A stretch of 64,000 bases of DNA, taken from contig OZ249436.1 of the NCBI GenBank assembly GCA_965235115.1, positions 47,618,001-47,682,000 on the forward strand, given 5' to 3'. The position numbers were made by a program, and so were the translations under genes. Below are positions 41,002-52,530 of the stretch, one piece after another (position 1 is the first letter of the stretch; each line of letters opens with the position of its first letter). The notes beneath the pieces are model-generated. The model was not told the DNA's origin. It saw nothing but the letters and a program-made list of their open reading frames with translations, and made no database searches. Source of the DNA: Laetmonice hystrix (lineage: Eukaryota).

Positions 41002-42731
41002 CGACTGCCAGCACGAGACCACTCAAGCTTTGATTTCTCGTTGCCATTCCCTTCAAGCTACTCCAAAGTCCAAATCACGCGGTGGGAAACGAATTTCACG
41101 GAGTTACTGAGATTTAGCGTTGGGAAATGACGCCGACGAATGGAGTTGGGAGGGGGGGGGAGGGGATCTGGTCAGTGGTGGTGTGGGGGGGGGGGGGGGG
41201 GGAGGGTGTCTGGGGTTCGTCCGCTCGCTCGTTATTGACCATGTCACAACAGCCCATCCGGTCTGGAACTAGTTCTGAGGGCCGCCGCTGGGTTGCCTTG
41301 TTTTCTCGGATCAAACAGACGCATCACGTGACGAGACCGAGAGCGAGATACGAGAGTTCTTTTTATTTTTATATAAGAGGAGAAATCCTATTCTTTGGCT
41401 TGGGATAATTAATTATTTAATTAAAGAAGGACATTTTAAATACAAAATCTGTCTCGATTCGACGTACTGAATCATTTTCCTGTTGTTGCGCTTTTATACT
41501 GCTCTAAAAGCTGTAAATAAACATATTTGGATGTTTCTATACACTGTCATTGTGTCAAATGTATAAAGTCTAATGTTGCATGTAATTGTGGCTTGAAAAT
41601 GCGCCAAATTTTGACAAATTTTATGGATAAGATGTTAATTCACAAGGCGATCACTGAAGTGTGAGTCTTACATTTGTACGGTTAAAAAGCACAGTTTGTA
41701 TCTCTCTACTTTCAGATATGAGAAAAGGCATCCTAAAGTAACCCGATTCAATGTTTTCCAACGTTTCAATGTTTCTTCTCCACTCCACTCCACCGATCAC
41801 GACATCCTCATCCACAATTCCATTCAGAGGTGCTTCACTAAAAATTAGTTCGACCTCTGAACGGTAGGTGACACTGCCTGCACCCAAGCCCAGACGTTTG
41901 GCAGTTTGTTCAGTCCGATCACAGGTAATATCCCGATCAGATGGACACGGTGACCCGCCCTAATCCCAGCCACGACAGGTATAACTCACCGGAGACCTGA
42001 TGCGCCCTCTCGCGGTGTGATACGAGGTAACAACACTAATCTCAGCGCCCCCTATCGGCCGAGACCCAGACGACCACTGACGGTTTGTCTTTTGGCCGGG
42101 TCTCAGGGGCGGATCCCGAGCGGCACCGATCCGTTTCTGGTTTCCAATATGGGCGTGCTAGGGGGTCGGGGACCGGGGCATATTCCCTGATAAAAAATTG
42201 ACAAAATGGAGTGCTTTATTGCGCTTTAGGAAAGAAATTTACCAAAAATCAGACTGAAAATAAAGCCTGGGAAATGTAGATTTTATTAAATAATTAATAA
42301 ATAATAAATCTATTGTCCGAGAAAACAGAAATCTATTTGACGTGCATCATTCCCAGACCGTCCCTAATCATTGTGTAAAGCCCCCGCCCCTTGGGGTTGG
42401 GGCTAAAAAAAATTACAGCAGACGAATGGAGATTTTATATTCCCCTAACAGAATTCAATCCTGACCCCCCACCCACCCACCCCCCATCCCCACCCTTCCC
42501 TCTATATGGTCACAGGGCTCATGACCCCCACCCCTTCCCTCCAAGACCACAGCGCTTGTCAACCCCCCCCCCCCCCCCCCCCATGCTTCCCTCAATGTAA
42601 AAAGCTCTCTCGGAGGATGCGTGCCATATTCTGGCACGACTGCTGGTTTGGTTTATGGCGAGGAGGAGAGAACATGTTGACTGGAGTGAGTGAGTAATAC
42701 CAACGGCTTGGGTCTGTGAATCATCACTTCC

Positions 42732-42902
42732 CGGTATCAATAAAACAGCGAAATATGGTATCATCAAAACAGCATTGCCCTGTCTGGTATCAATAAAACA
42801 GCGAAATATGGTATCATCAAAACAGCACTGCCCTGTCTGGTATCATCAAAACAGCACTGCCCTGTCTGGTATCAATAAAACAGGATTGCCCAGTCTGGTA
42901 TA
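42732..42902. repeat. Short composite repeat, ~24-30-bp units
   Basis: GGTATCA(A/T)(T/C)AAAACAGC repeated. Confidence 0.8.
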
Positions 42903-43390
42903 AACAGCACAGTATTGCCATTTATGGTATTACTAAAACTAAAACAAAACGCTATCAGCCGTACCAGGCCTGGTATAGCAACAGCAACCATATCTGTGAG
43001 TGTCAGCCGTCCGTACCAGGCATGGAACCATCAAACCTCTGCCCAGCTGCGTACACAGTGCACATGGAGCATAATCCCACGTATCTCCCGTCTCAATCAC
43101 ATTCCTAATGATATGGAGAACTCCTAAAAATTACCCCGCCACTGGGGCCCCCCTTCCCCGGTCTGAAACACAGCCACCAGCCCTGGGCCAGACTTTGGTC
43201 TATAATGTACCGTAACCATGTTTACCGTCCCTTGGTAACTGACCACCATGATGACCAACCACCCTAACCAGTTTACATGGAGGAGGCACCAATGGAGTGG
43301 TCGTCAGTGATGGCTTCGATGACGGGAATAAATCAATTATAACTGTGGGAACATCTGGCACTGGTAAAAAGTGTTAGCGAGCGCCATGTC

Positions 43391-44760
43391 TCACGAGTCG
43401 TAATACAGTATATAGTGACTGGTGAGGTTATCTGTGTGACGTATCTGTTGGGTTTGTCTTGGTCTCAGCAGGGACATATTATTTAATGTGGTTAATTCAC
43501 GAGTCGTAATACAGTATATATACCGACTGGTGAAGTTTTCTGTGTGACGTATCTGTTGGGTTTGTCTTGGTCTCAGCAGGGACATATTTAATGTGGTTAA
43601 CTCACGAGTCGTAATGCAGTATATACCGACTGGTGAAGTTTTCTGTGTGACGTGTCTGTGAGGTTTTGTCTTGGTCTCAGCAGGGACATATTTAATGTGG
43701 TTAATTCACGAGTCGTAATGCAGTATATACCGACTGGTGAAGTTTTCTGTGTGACGTGTCTGTGAGGTTTTGTCTTGGTCTCAGCAGGGACATATTTAAT
43801 GTGGTTAATTCACGAGTCGTAATGCAGTATATACCAACTGGTGAAGTTTTCTGTGTGACGTGTCTGTGAGGTTTTGTCTTGGTCTCAGCAGGGACATATT
43901 TAATGTGGTTAATTCACGAGTCGTAATGCAGTATACCGACTGGTGAAGTTTTCTGTGTGACATGTCTGTTGGTTTTGTCTTGGTCTCAGCAGGGACATAT
44001 TTAATGTGGTTAATTCACGAGTCGTAATGCAGTATACCGACTGGTGAAGTTTTCTGTGTGACGTGTCTGTGCGGTTTGTCTTGGTCTCAGCCGGGACATA
44101 TTTAATGTGGTTAACAGACATATTTAATGTGGTTAATTCACGAGTCGTAATGCAGTATATATACCGACTGGTGAAGTTTTCTGTGTGACGTGTCTGTGCG
44201 GTTTGTCTTGGTCTCAGCAGGGACATATTTAATGTGGTTAATTCACGAGTCGTAATACAGTATATATACCGACTGGTGAAGTTATCTGTGTGACGTATCT
44301 GTGAGGTTTGTCTTGGTCTCAGCCGGGACATATTTAATGTGGTTAATTCACGAGTCGTAATGCAGTATATATACCGACTGGTGAAGTTATCTGTGTGACG
44401 TATCTGTGAGGTTTGTCTTGGTCTCAGCAGGGACATATTTAATGTGGTTAACAGACATATTTAATGTGGTTAATTCACGAGTCGTAATGCAGTATATACC
44501 GACTGGTGAAGTTATCTGTGTGACGTGTCTGTGAGGTTTGTCTTGGTCTCAGCAGGGACATATTTAATGTGGTTAATTCACGAGTCGTAATGCAGTATAT
44601 ACCCACTGGTGGAGTTTTCTGTGTGACGTATCTGTTGGGTTTGTCTTGGTCTCAGCAGGGACATATTTCAGTATATACCCACTGGTGAAGTTTTCTGTCT
44701 GACGTGTCTGTTGGGTTTGTCTTGGTCTCAGCAAGGACATATTTAATGTGGTTAACAGAC
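43391..44760. repeat. Tandem array, ~106-bp unit, ~13 copies
   Basis: TCACGAGTCGTAATGCAGTATA...GGACATATTTAATGTGGTTAA. Confidence 0.95.
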
Positions 44761-45145
44761 ACCTCTGTATGAGGGGTACGGCTTATTACCCGATTTATGA
44801 GGGGTATTCTGGAAAAAACATCAGACTGCTACTCCACAATGGGAAATATTCGGCGGGGAGGGGGGGGGGGATCATTGGGAAGGGGGTATCGTGAAGGGGG
44901 GGGGGGCTCTACGGCCTGGTACCAAAACAACCAGCTATTAATGCTAGTAGTATTAAATACCTCATGGGGACATTTCGAGGAATTTTTGGAGAGAATAAGG
45001 AAAAAATTGTTTACTATCCCCGTCCTCAGCCTCTCCTTTCCAATACCGTGGGATTTAACCGCGGGGGAATCATTGAGTACCGTTACAAGAGCAGCTGCTC
45101 TCCACTGTAATAACCTGCCATCGACAATCTCATCGTCTGTCCTAG

Positions 45146-45179
45146 CATAGAGTCTATATTGATCAATATAGACTCTATG
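45146..45179. mobile_element. 34-bp perfect palindrome; possible TIR-only P-element-like footprint
   Basis: CATAGAGTCTATATTGA|TCAATATAGACTCTATG flanked by near-duplicated 7-mer GTCCTAG/GTCCTAT. Confidence 0.6.
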
Positions 45180-45562
45180 GTCCTATGTAAAGCGTGTACC
45201 GACCTTCTAGCTAAAGCACAAAATATCGACACGACAAATATTGTGTCGGAGTATGGACTAGTATGGGAGTCTGGTCAGATCTCTACGGTAACATTTACAG
45301 GAAACTTGAGGGAAAAATGAGAAATCTATCACTAAGTGATTTCCGATAATTAATTAATTTATCTAACATTGTTGTCCAGAGGCTCATGCCACATTTTGTT
45401 ACTCAGCTTTTTTTGGAGCTAAAATAAGCTAAATAGCTTTATTGCTCCCATATTTACTATGTACTATGTATTCTTTAAGTATGTGTACAATAAACAATAA
45501 ACAAATCCTAACCCCAAATCTAAGCCTTACCCCTGCACCCGCTTCGCTGGCCCCCTAAACAC

Positions 45563-46638
45563 GGTCATTCCCCAGACAACTCCTAGACCGGCAGATCTCC
45601 ATGGTCATTCCCCAGACAACTCCTAGACCGGCAGATCTCCATGGTCATTCCCCAGACAACTCCTAGACCAGGAGATCTCCATGGTCATTCTCCAGACAAC
45701 TCCTAGATCGGCAGATCTCCATGGCCATTCCCCAGACAACTCCTAGACCGGCAGATCTCCATGGTCATTCCCCAGACAACTCCTAGACCGGCAGATCTCC
45801 ATGGTCATTCTCCAGACAACTCCTAGACCGGCAGATCTCCATGGCCATTCCCCAGACAACTCCTAGACCGGCAGATCTCCATGATCATTCTCCAGACAAC
45901 TCCTAGACCGGCAGATCTCCATGGTCATTCCCCAGACAACTCCTAGACCGGCAGATCTCCATGGTCATTCCCCAGACAACTCCTAGACCGGCAGATCTCC
46001 ATGGTCATTCCCCAGACAACTCCTAGACCGGCAGATCTCCATGGTCATTCCCCAGACAACTCCTAGACCGGCAGATCTCCATGGTCATTCCCCAGACAAC
46101 TCCTAGACCGGCAGATATTCTGGTCATTCCCCATACGACTCCTAGACCGGCAGACCTCCATGGTCATTCCCCAGACAACTCCTAGACCGGCAGATCTCCA
46201 TGGTCATTCCCCAGACAACTCCTAGACCGGCAGATATTCTGGTCATTCCCCAGACAACTCCTAGACCGGCAGATCTCCATGGTCATTCCCCAGACAACTC
46301 CTAGACCGCCAGATCTCCATGGTCATTCCCCAGACAACTCCTAGACCGGCAGATCTCCATGGTCATTCCCCAGACAACTCCTAGACCGGCAGATATTCTG
46401 GTCATTCCCCAGACGACTCCTAGACCGGCAGATCTCCATGGTCATTCTCCAGACAACTCCTAGACCGGCAGATCTTATGGTCATTCCCCAGACAACTCCT
46501 AGACCGGCAGATATTCTGGTCATTCCCCAGACAACTCCTAGACCGGCAGATCTCCATGGTCATTCCCCAGACAACTCCTAGACCAGCAGATATTCTGGCC
46601 ATTCCCCAGACAACTCCTAGACCGGCAGATCTCCATGG
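45563..46638. repeat. Tandem array, 40-bp unit, ~27 copies
   Basis: GGTCATTCCCCAGACAACTCCTAGACCGGCAGATCTCCAT. Confidence 0.95.
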
Positions 46639-47464
46639 TAACATGGAAATTACGGGGTAAGAACGGTAAATCTAGCAATATTCCTGGCCCCTAACCCAAC
46701 CCTATAACCCCTAACCTCAATCCCGGGACCTATAAAATAATATCATCCCTTCACTAAACCTGTCCCTAACCCTAACCCCTACCTAACCTACCCTCTCACC
46801 ATGGGGTATAAAACCCACTCACGCAAGGAAGAGTTGTATGGAAGATTTCTAGGAGTCTCTATAACTGAACGCCCATGGCCTTACAAGGCCGACAATTGTT
46901 GGTTTACCCAGGCAGGATTGGAGTCTGCCGATTGAATCAACCTCCATCTATTAAAAGGACAAGTCGTCTTTACTCCGTCTACACCTGTGCCAGCGTACCT
47001 GGTAACTGACACAGGGTGGTGCCACCCGCCCCCTGCTACCGCACGGCGCCGACGTCTGGCTGTCTGGGAACCCCACCCCTGCCCCCCACCCTCTCCCCCC
47101 GGGGGACCGCTGGGGTACATAACTCCAGCGAGAACATCACGATCGATCAGTTATACACTGATTCATTGACTAACCACGACTTGTACCTCAATAACTCAGC
47201 AACACATGAAACTGAAGACGACAGATGTCAGTGGACATCTAAAGCTCTTCCCCCCCCCCCCCCCACCTCTCAATATATCACCCCTCCTTACTATGTCATT
47301 TCACACATGTTTAAACATACAAAAAGGAAGCAAACACAGGAGATAATTCAAATACAGTCTCACCTACAAAACTCAACGAAGACGGTGGTGTTTTGTGACA
47401 ATTTTCATGATTTTTTTTTGTTTCTAGGTAACGTGTGCGAGAGGAGTAAAAGTCAGTAACTCAC

Positions 47465-49734
47465 CTCATAACCCAGACCGGCTCCTCGGCAGGCTGCTGG
47501 TCCTGGTGGGGCGACTTGAGCATGGTATTCTTGCTCTTCTCAATGGCAGACTTTATATCCTGTATGGCCATGTCGACAGCTTCCCGCTGGCGTTCCACGT
47601 CTGAGGCGCTCATGTCTGACTGCCTGGAGGAGGAGCCACTGGAGCGGGGGAGGTTTAGGGGACCACCCTCGTCAAACTCCTCCCGGCGGGACGTGTGGTT
47701 ACTCAACTCCTGCTCAATCTCAGATTTAAACTTCCGTTTCAGGATCTCAGCAGGTCTGTGGTTGTCCATGGTGCAAGCGTCCTCCGTGTCGGAGCCCTGA
47801 CTGCTGGATAGCCCGTCTTCAACCATGGGCATCCCGCTGGTTGAGGACTTTCCTTCTTCAGAGATCACACTCTCTACTTCAGCACTGTCGCATTCAGTGG
47901 CTTCAGGAGAGAGCGAGAAGTCCTTTTTCTCTTCGGTTTGCAGCTGGTCACTTCCATTGAGTGGTATTTCAGTGAGGCTATCCTCGTTAACTTTGGTACG
48001 GAGCTGGTCGCTGTAGGAGCTGTGGTTGGACTGGATGGCTTTCTCTGGAGATGTCTCACGACTGCTCCCCATGTAATGGTCCTCATCGGAGCCCTGCATC
48101 CTGTTTTTGAAGTTCAGGGAGTCGTTAGAGCTAGAGTAGGCCAGCCTCATACCCACATACGAGTCACCGTGTTGAATGCGTGCATACTTGACGTAATCAT
48201 ACTCGTTTTCTATATCAATGTTCTTGCGGCTAGGGTCATGGAGCCGGCGGCCCTCGGTCAGTTCAAGTACTTGGTCCGTATCAGGAGACTTCACTCCAGG
48301 GGCGGCACCGACGGGCGGGAGGGAGGGCTGACTCAGCTGAATGGTTGCAAGTGCTGAAGTGTTTCCATTGCGGAGTTGAGACTCGAACATGCGCTGGGCA
48401 CTGATGACGGATGTGTCTAATGGAACATGTGGATCGGCTTCCTTCTCTGAGCTGGACGTGTCGCGGTCACTGGCGGGTAAGTCAGGGGGGCCGTCTCCTA
48501 ACCTCCGGGCAAGGCCAGGTGATTTCTTCCTCATCTTGGGTACGGCCCCTTGGCCTTGGTAACGTAAAACATCCAAGCTGGTGTCAGCTTCGTAACTTTT
48601 CACTTCATTCATGTTAGGGATGTTGTTTCGAATCTCCGCACTGTTTCGTTTCTTGACGGTCACGTGGTGAGGCTGTTGGCCCCCTGGGTCAGGGCTAATC
48701 GTGTGGCCAGTGGCGGCCGTGCCGGATGGCATGGTGCTGGCTGCCGTGCCGGTTGTACTACCACCGCTGATGGAGCTGGCAGGAATGTTGGCAGATACAG
48801 AGTTATTGATCTTAGCATCAATGCCTGCTGTAGAGGCAGGCATCCCGACTCCTAGACTGGTAAAACTAACTGGTTCCCCGTCGACAGACACTGACGATGA
48901 GGCCGAGCCTGAAAGACGCCCGTCTGGTGAGTAGCTGCACAGCGGTGGCGGAATGGAACCACGTGCCATCACTGCCGCAAGGGCTGCTGGGATAACGTCG
49001 TGGATGATGTCACTTCCGCTTCCGTTTGGGTAGGTCACCATCTCTGACAGTGACTTGGACTCGCTGGTGGGTGTGCCGCAGGCTCCGCCACTGCCGCAGT
49101 GATTCTGGTCGGTACACTGCGTGCTACCACTACCTGTCCCTGTGTCAGTGTCATCCTCACACTCGGTCTTACCGCCAGAGGACGCCACGCTCAACTTTGA
49201 CTTCCGTTTCATTGTGCCCGTGTTGTATGAGTTGTCGTCCCCACATTCTTCCTCGTCACTTATCTGTGCCCTCTCATGATAAGATGACTTTCTCCTGATT
49301 TCATCCTCTAGTGCGCCACTAAAAGTCTGTGCGTCTGACTCCAGCATGAAGTCATTGGGTATACTGTCGCCACTTTCCTCACTGTCCCTCCGAGATCCAG
49401 TCACCAACTCCACTGTTTCCGAGTCAACCGTGTCAGGGTCATCAAGTACAATATTTTGGAAAGACAGACTACTGACGTCACTGGCACGGCACGAGCTACC
49501 ATCACCGAAGTTGACCTCCAGACTCAGGTTGTCGTCATAATCCTGAAGGTTATCGTTCACCTGATCTAGGTCAAGGTCATGGCTAGCTGAAACAATGTCA
49601 CTGGGGTCAAGATCTGGGTCAAGGTACAACTCGGCATCTGGGTTTACCTTGTGGCCATACTTAGGGTCAAGCTTGGCGCTGGCTCCCATCAGAACCCTGT
49701 TAACCTTGGTCGTTTCCTCTTCAGTGTCGGACAT
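47465..49734 (-). CDS. APBA1: Large first coding exon of an X11/Mint (APBA1/LIN-10-like) neuronal adaptor; N-terminal disordered region ending in the CASK-interaction motif; partial CDS
   Basis: Non-repetitive 2.3-kb open frame. C-terminal MAIQDIKSAIEKSKNTMLKSPHQDQQPAEEPVWVMR resembles Mint1 LAIKDIKEAIEEVKTRTIRSPY...EPIWVMRQ (recalled, not searched). Acceptor TTTTGTCGTTACAG| (exon starts 49846); in-frame TAA at 49800-49798 upstream; ATG in CCAACATGT context at 49734; donor AG|GTGAGT after 47465 (phase 2). Confidence 0.85.
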
Positions 49735-49863
49735 GTTGGACAAAACGCACTCCTCCTTTCTTCTCCCTCTCTCTGCCTCTCTCTCGTTCTGCTTCACTTA
49801 CAACCTCAGTCAGCTGCTGGATGTTAAGGTCATTCTGTCTTCACACCTGTAACGACAAAATAA

Positions 49864-50585
49864 AACACTTAAACACGGTCTGCAACACTTAAACAAGATC
49901 TGCAACACTTAAACATGGTCGACAACACTTAAACACGGTCGGCAACACTTAAACATGGTCGGCAACACTTAAACACGGTCAGCAACACTTCAACACGGTC
50001 AGCAACACTTAAACACGGTCTGCAACTTAAACACGGTCGGCAACACTTAAACACGGTCTGCAACACTTAACATGGTCTGCAACACTTAAACATGGTCTGC
50101 AACACACGGTCTGCAACACTTAAACACGGTCAGCAACACTTAAACACGGTCAGCAACACTTAAACACGGTCTGCAACACTTAAACATGGTTTGTAATACT
50201 TAAACACGGTTAGCAACACTTAAACACGGTCTGCAACACACGGTCTGCAACACTTAAACACGGTCTGCAACACTTAAACACGGTCTGCAACACTTAAACA
50301 CGGTCTGCAACACTTAAACACGGTCTGCAACACTTAAACACGGTCTGCAACACTTAAACACGGTCTGCAACACTTAAACACGGTCTGCAACACTTAAACA
50401 GTCTGCAACACTCAAACACGGTCTGCAACACTTAAACAGTCTGCAACACTTAAACACGGTCTGCAACACTTAAACACGGTCCATCAGAATTCAACACTTA
50501 AAGACAGTCTGTCAGATTTTAACATTTAAACATGGTCCGTGAGAATTCAATTCTGAAACACAGTCTGTCATATTTGAACACTTCA
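49864..50585. repeat. Tandem array, 20-bp unit, ~30 copies plus diverged tail, abutting the splice acceptor of the big exon
   Basis: CAACACTTAAACACGGTCTG. Confidence 0.95.
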
Positions 50586-51551
50586 ACACTCCCCACTACA
50601 ATTCAACAAATCACATCAAAATCTTTTCTTTCCAAAGTTTGACAACAATAGTCCGGAAAGCTGTTACTGGGATTTTCTATAACAGCCAATACATAGCAGA
50701 TAAAATGATTTGATGAACACAAACAATTACCCGAGCTTTTGGGCTACGACTACATCTTAACACACAAAGATATTGACACGTGATAAGTGTCGCCTAGATT
50801 GTGAATTTGACAAAGTCTGACAGAATCGCTGGTCCCGAGTGAATATTGACGGTGAGCAGCCGCCGTTATCAGTTGTTCAGTGGGACTCCTCCCGCCAACC
50901 TCCTCCCAACATTCCCCTGACTGGAGTCCCCACTGAATACTGATATAATCAACTACCGCCAGACTTTATATCCCGGTTTAATTGGCCTGCGCAGGCAGCG
51001 TACATTCCCTATGGTAACATAGCCTTGAAATGTGACGGTAAGGAATCTCTGTCCTCCGATTTCACCCCCCCCCCCCCAAAAAAAAAACACATCTCTTCCC
51101 TATCCCTTCCCTATCCCTTCCCTATCCCTTCCCTGCCCCTAGCCCTCCACTGCTCCGAGCCCTCCCCAGCCCCTAACCTTTGCCCTAACACTGTCTTTAT
51201 TCCCAATTTCATAGGTGAACAACCGCACAACCAGCCACCCCCACCACCGAGAGAGCCAGCCACCCCCACCACCGAGAGAGCCAGCCACCCCCACCACCGA
51301 TAGAATCAGGCAGTGAGCTGCGCTAACAACCAAACGTGACAAATTAAGCTTCACGTTCACGAAGCACGTAATGAGTCATATTTATCTAATACTTAGGTTT
51401 ATCCATCATCCTACGGTCTGGCTGACAGTTTAATTTGTTCAGTGTGAACTTTAAATTTGTTAAGTGTGATACGTTGCTACAGCAAGAACCAATTAATGGA
51501 GTAATTCCGTGTGAGAGTATAGCTCGGCAACGGGTGAGACTTTATAACTGG

Positions 51552-52530
51552 GGAATATATCCCCTATCACTCGGTAACTCCAACACCGTAAGCCTTCTAC
51601 AAGATTGCATACAACGGCTTGACATTTTACTGCCACAGTCTTCCAATCTACACACCGACAATAAACTGATGGGAGAATATATCTCCTATCACTCGGTAAC
51701 TCCAACACCGTAAGCCTTCTACAAGATTGCATACAACGGCCTGACATTTTGCTGACACAGTCTTCCAATCTACACACCGACAATAAACCGATGGGAGAAT
51801 ATATCCCCTATCACTCGGTAACTCCAACACCGTAAGCCTTCTACAAGATTGCATACAACGGTTTGACATTTTACTGCCACAGTCTTCCAATCTACACACC
51901 GACAATAAACTGATGGGAGAATATATCCCCTATTACTCGGTAACTCCAACACCGTAAGCCTTCTACAAGATTGCATACAACGGCTTGACATTTTACTGCC
52001 ACAGTCTTCCAATCTACACACCGACAATAAACTGATGGGAGAATATATCCCCTATCACTCGGTATCTCCAACACCGTAAGCCTTCTACAAGATTGCATAC
52101 AACGGTTTGACATTTTACTGACACAGTCTTCCAATCTACACACCGACAATAAACTGATGGGAGAATATATCCCCCATCACTCGGTAACTCCAACACCGTA
52201 AGCCTTCTACAAGATTGCATACAACGGTTTGACATTTTATTGGCACAGTCTTCCAATCTACACACCGACAATAAACTGATGGGAGAATATATCCCCCATC
52301 ACTCGGTAACTCCAACACCGTAAGCCTTCTACAAGATTGCATACAACGGTTTGACATTTTATTGGCACAGTCTTCCAATCTACACACCGACAATAAACTG
52401 ATGGGAGAATATATCCCCTATCACTCGGTATCTCCAACACCGTAAGCCTTCTACAAGATTGCATACAACGGTTTGACATTTTGCTGCCACAGTCTTCCAC
52501 TCTACACACCGACAATAAACCGATGGGGAA
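51552..52530. repeat. Tandem array, 122-bp unit, 8 copies
   Basis: ORF track recurs at 122-bp steps. Confidence 0.95.

Noticed and set aside
42104..42370. hAT-like element starting CAGGGGCGGATCC (similar fragments near 52860-53020)
   Set aside because: No convincing matching end or TSD
1..47464. PTB/PDZ-coding exons of X11
   Set aside because: No recognisable motifs in the ORF track; exons under 60 aa could have been missed
49735..49797. ORF-track start at 49797
   Set aside because: It is a GTG; the first in-frame ATG after the upstream stop is at 49734
47516..49852. Plus-strand ORFs overlapping the big exon
   Set aside because: Antisense shadows of the real minus-strand frame
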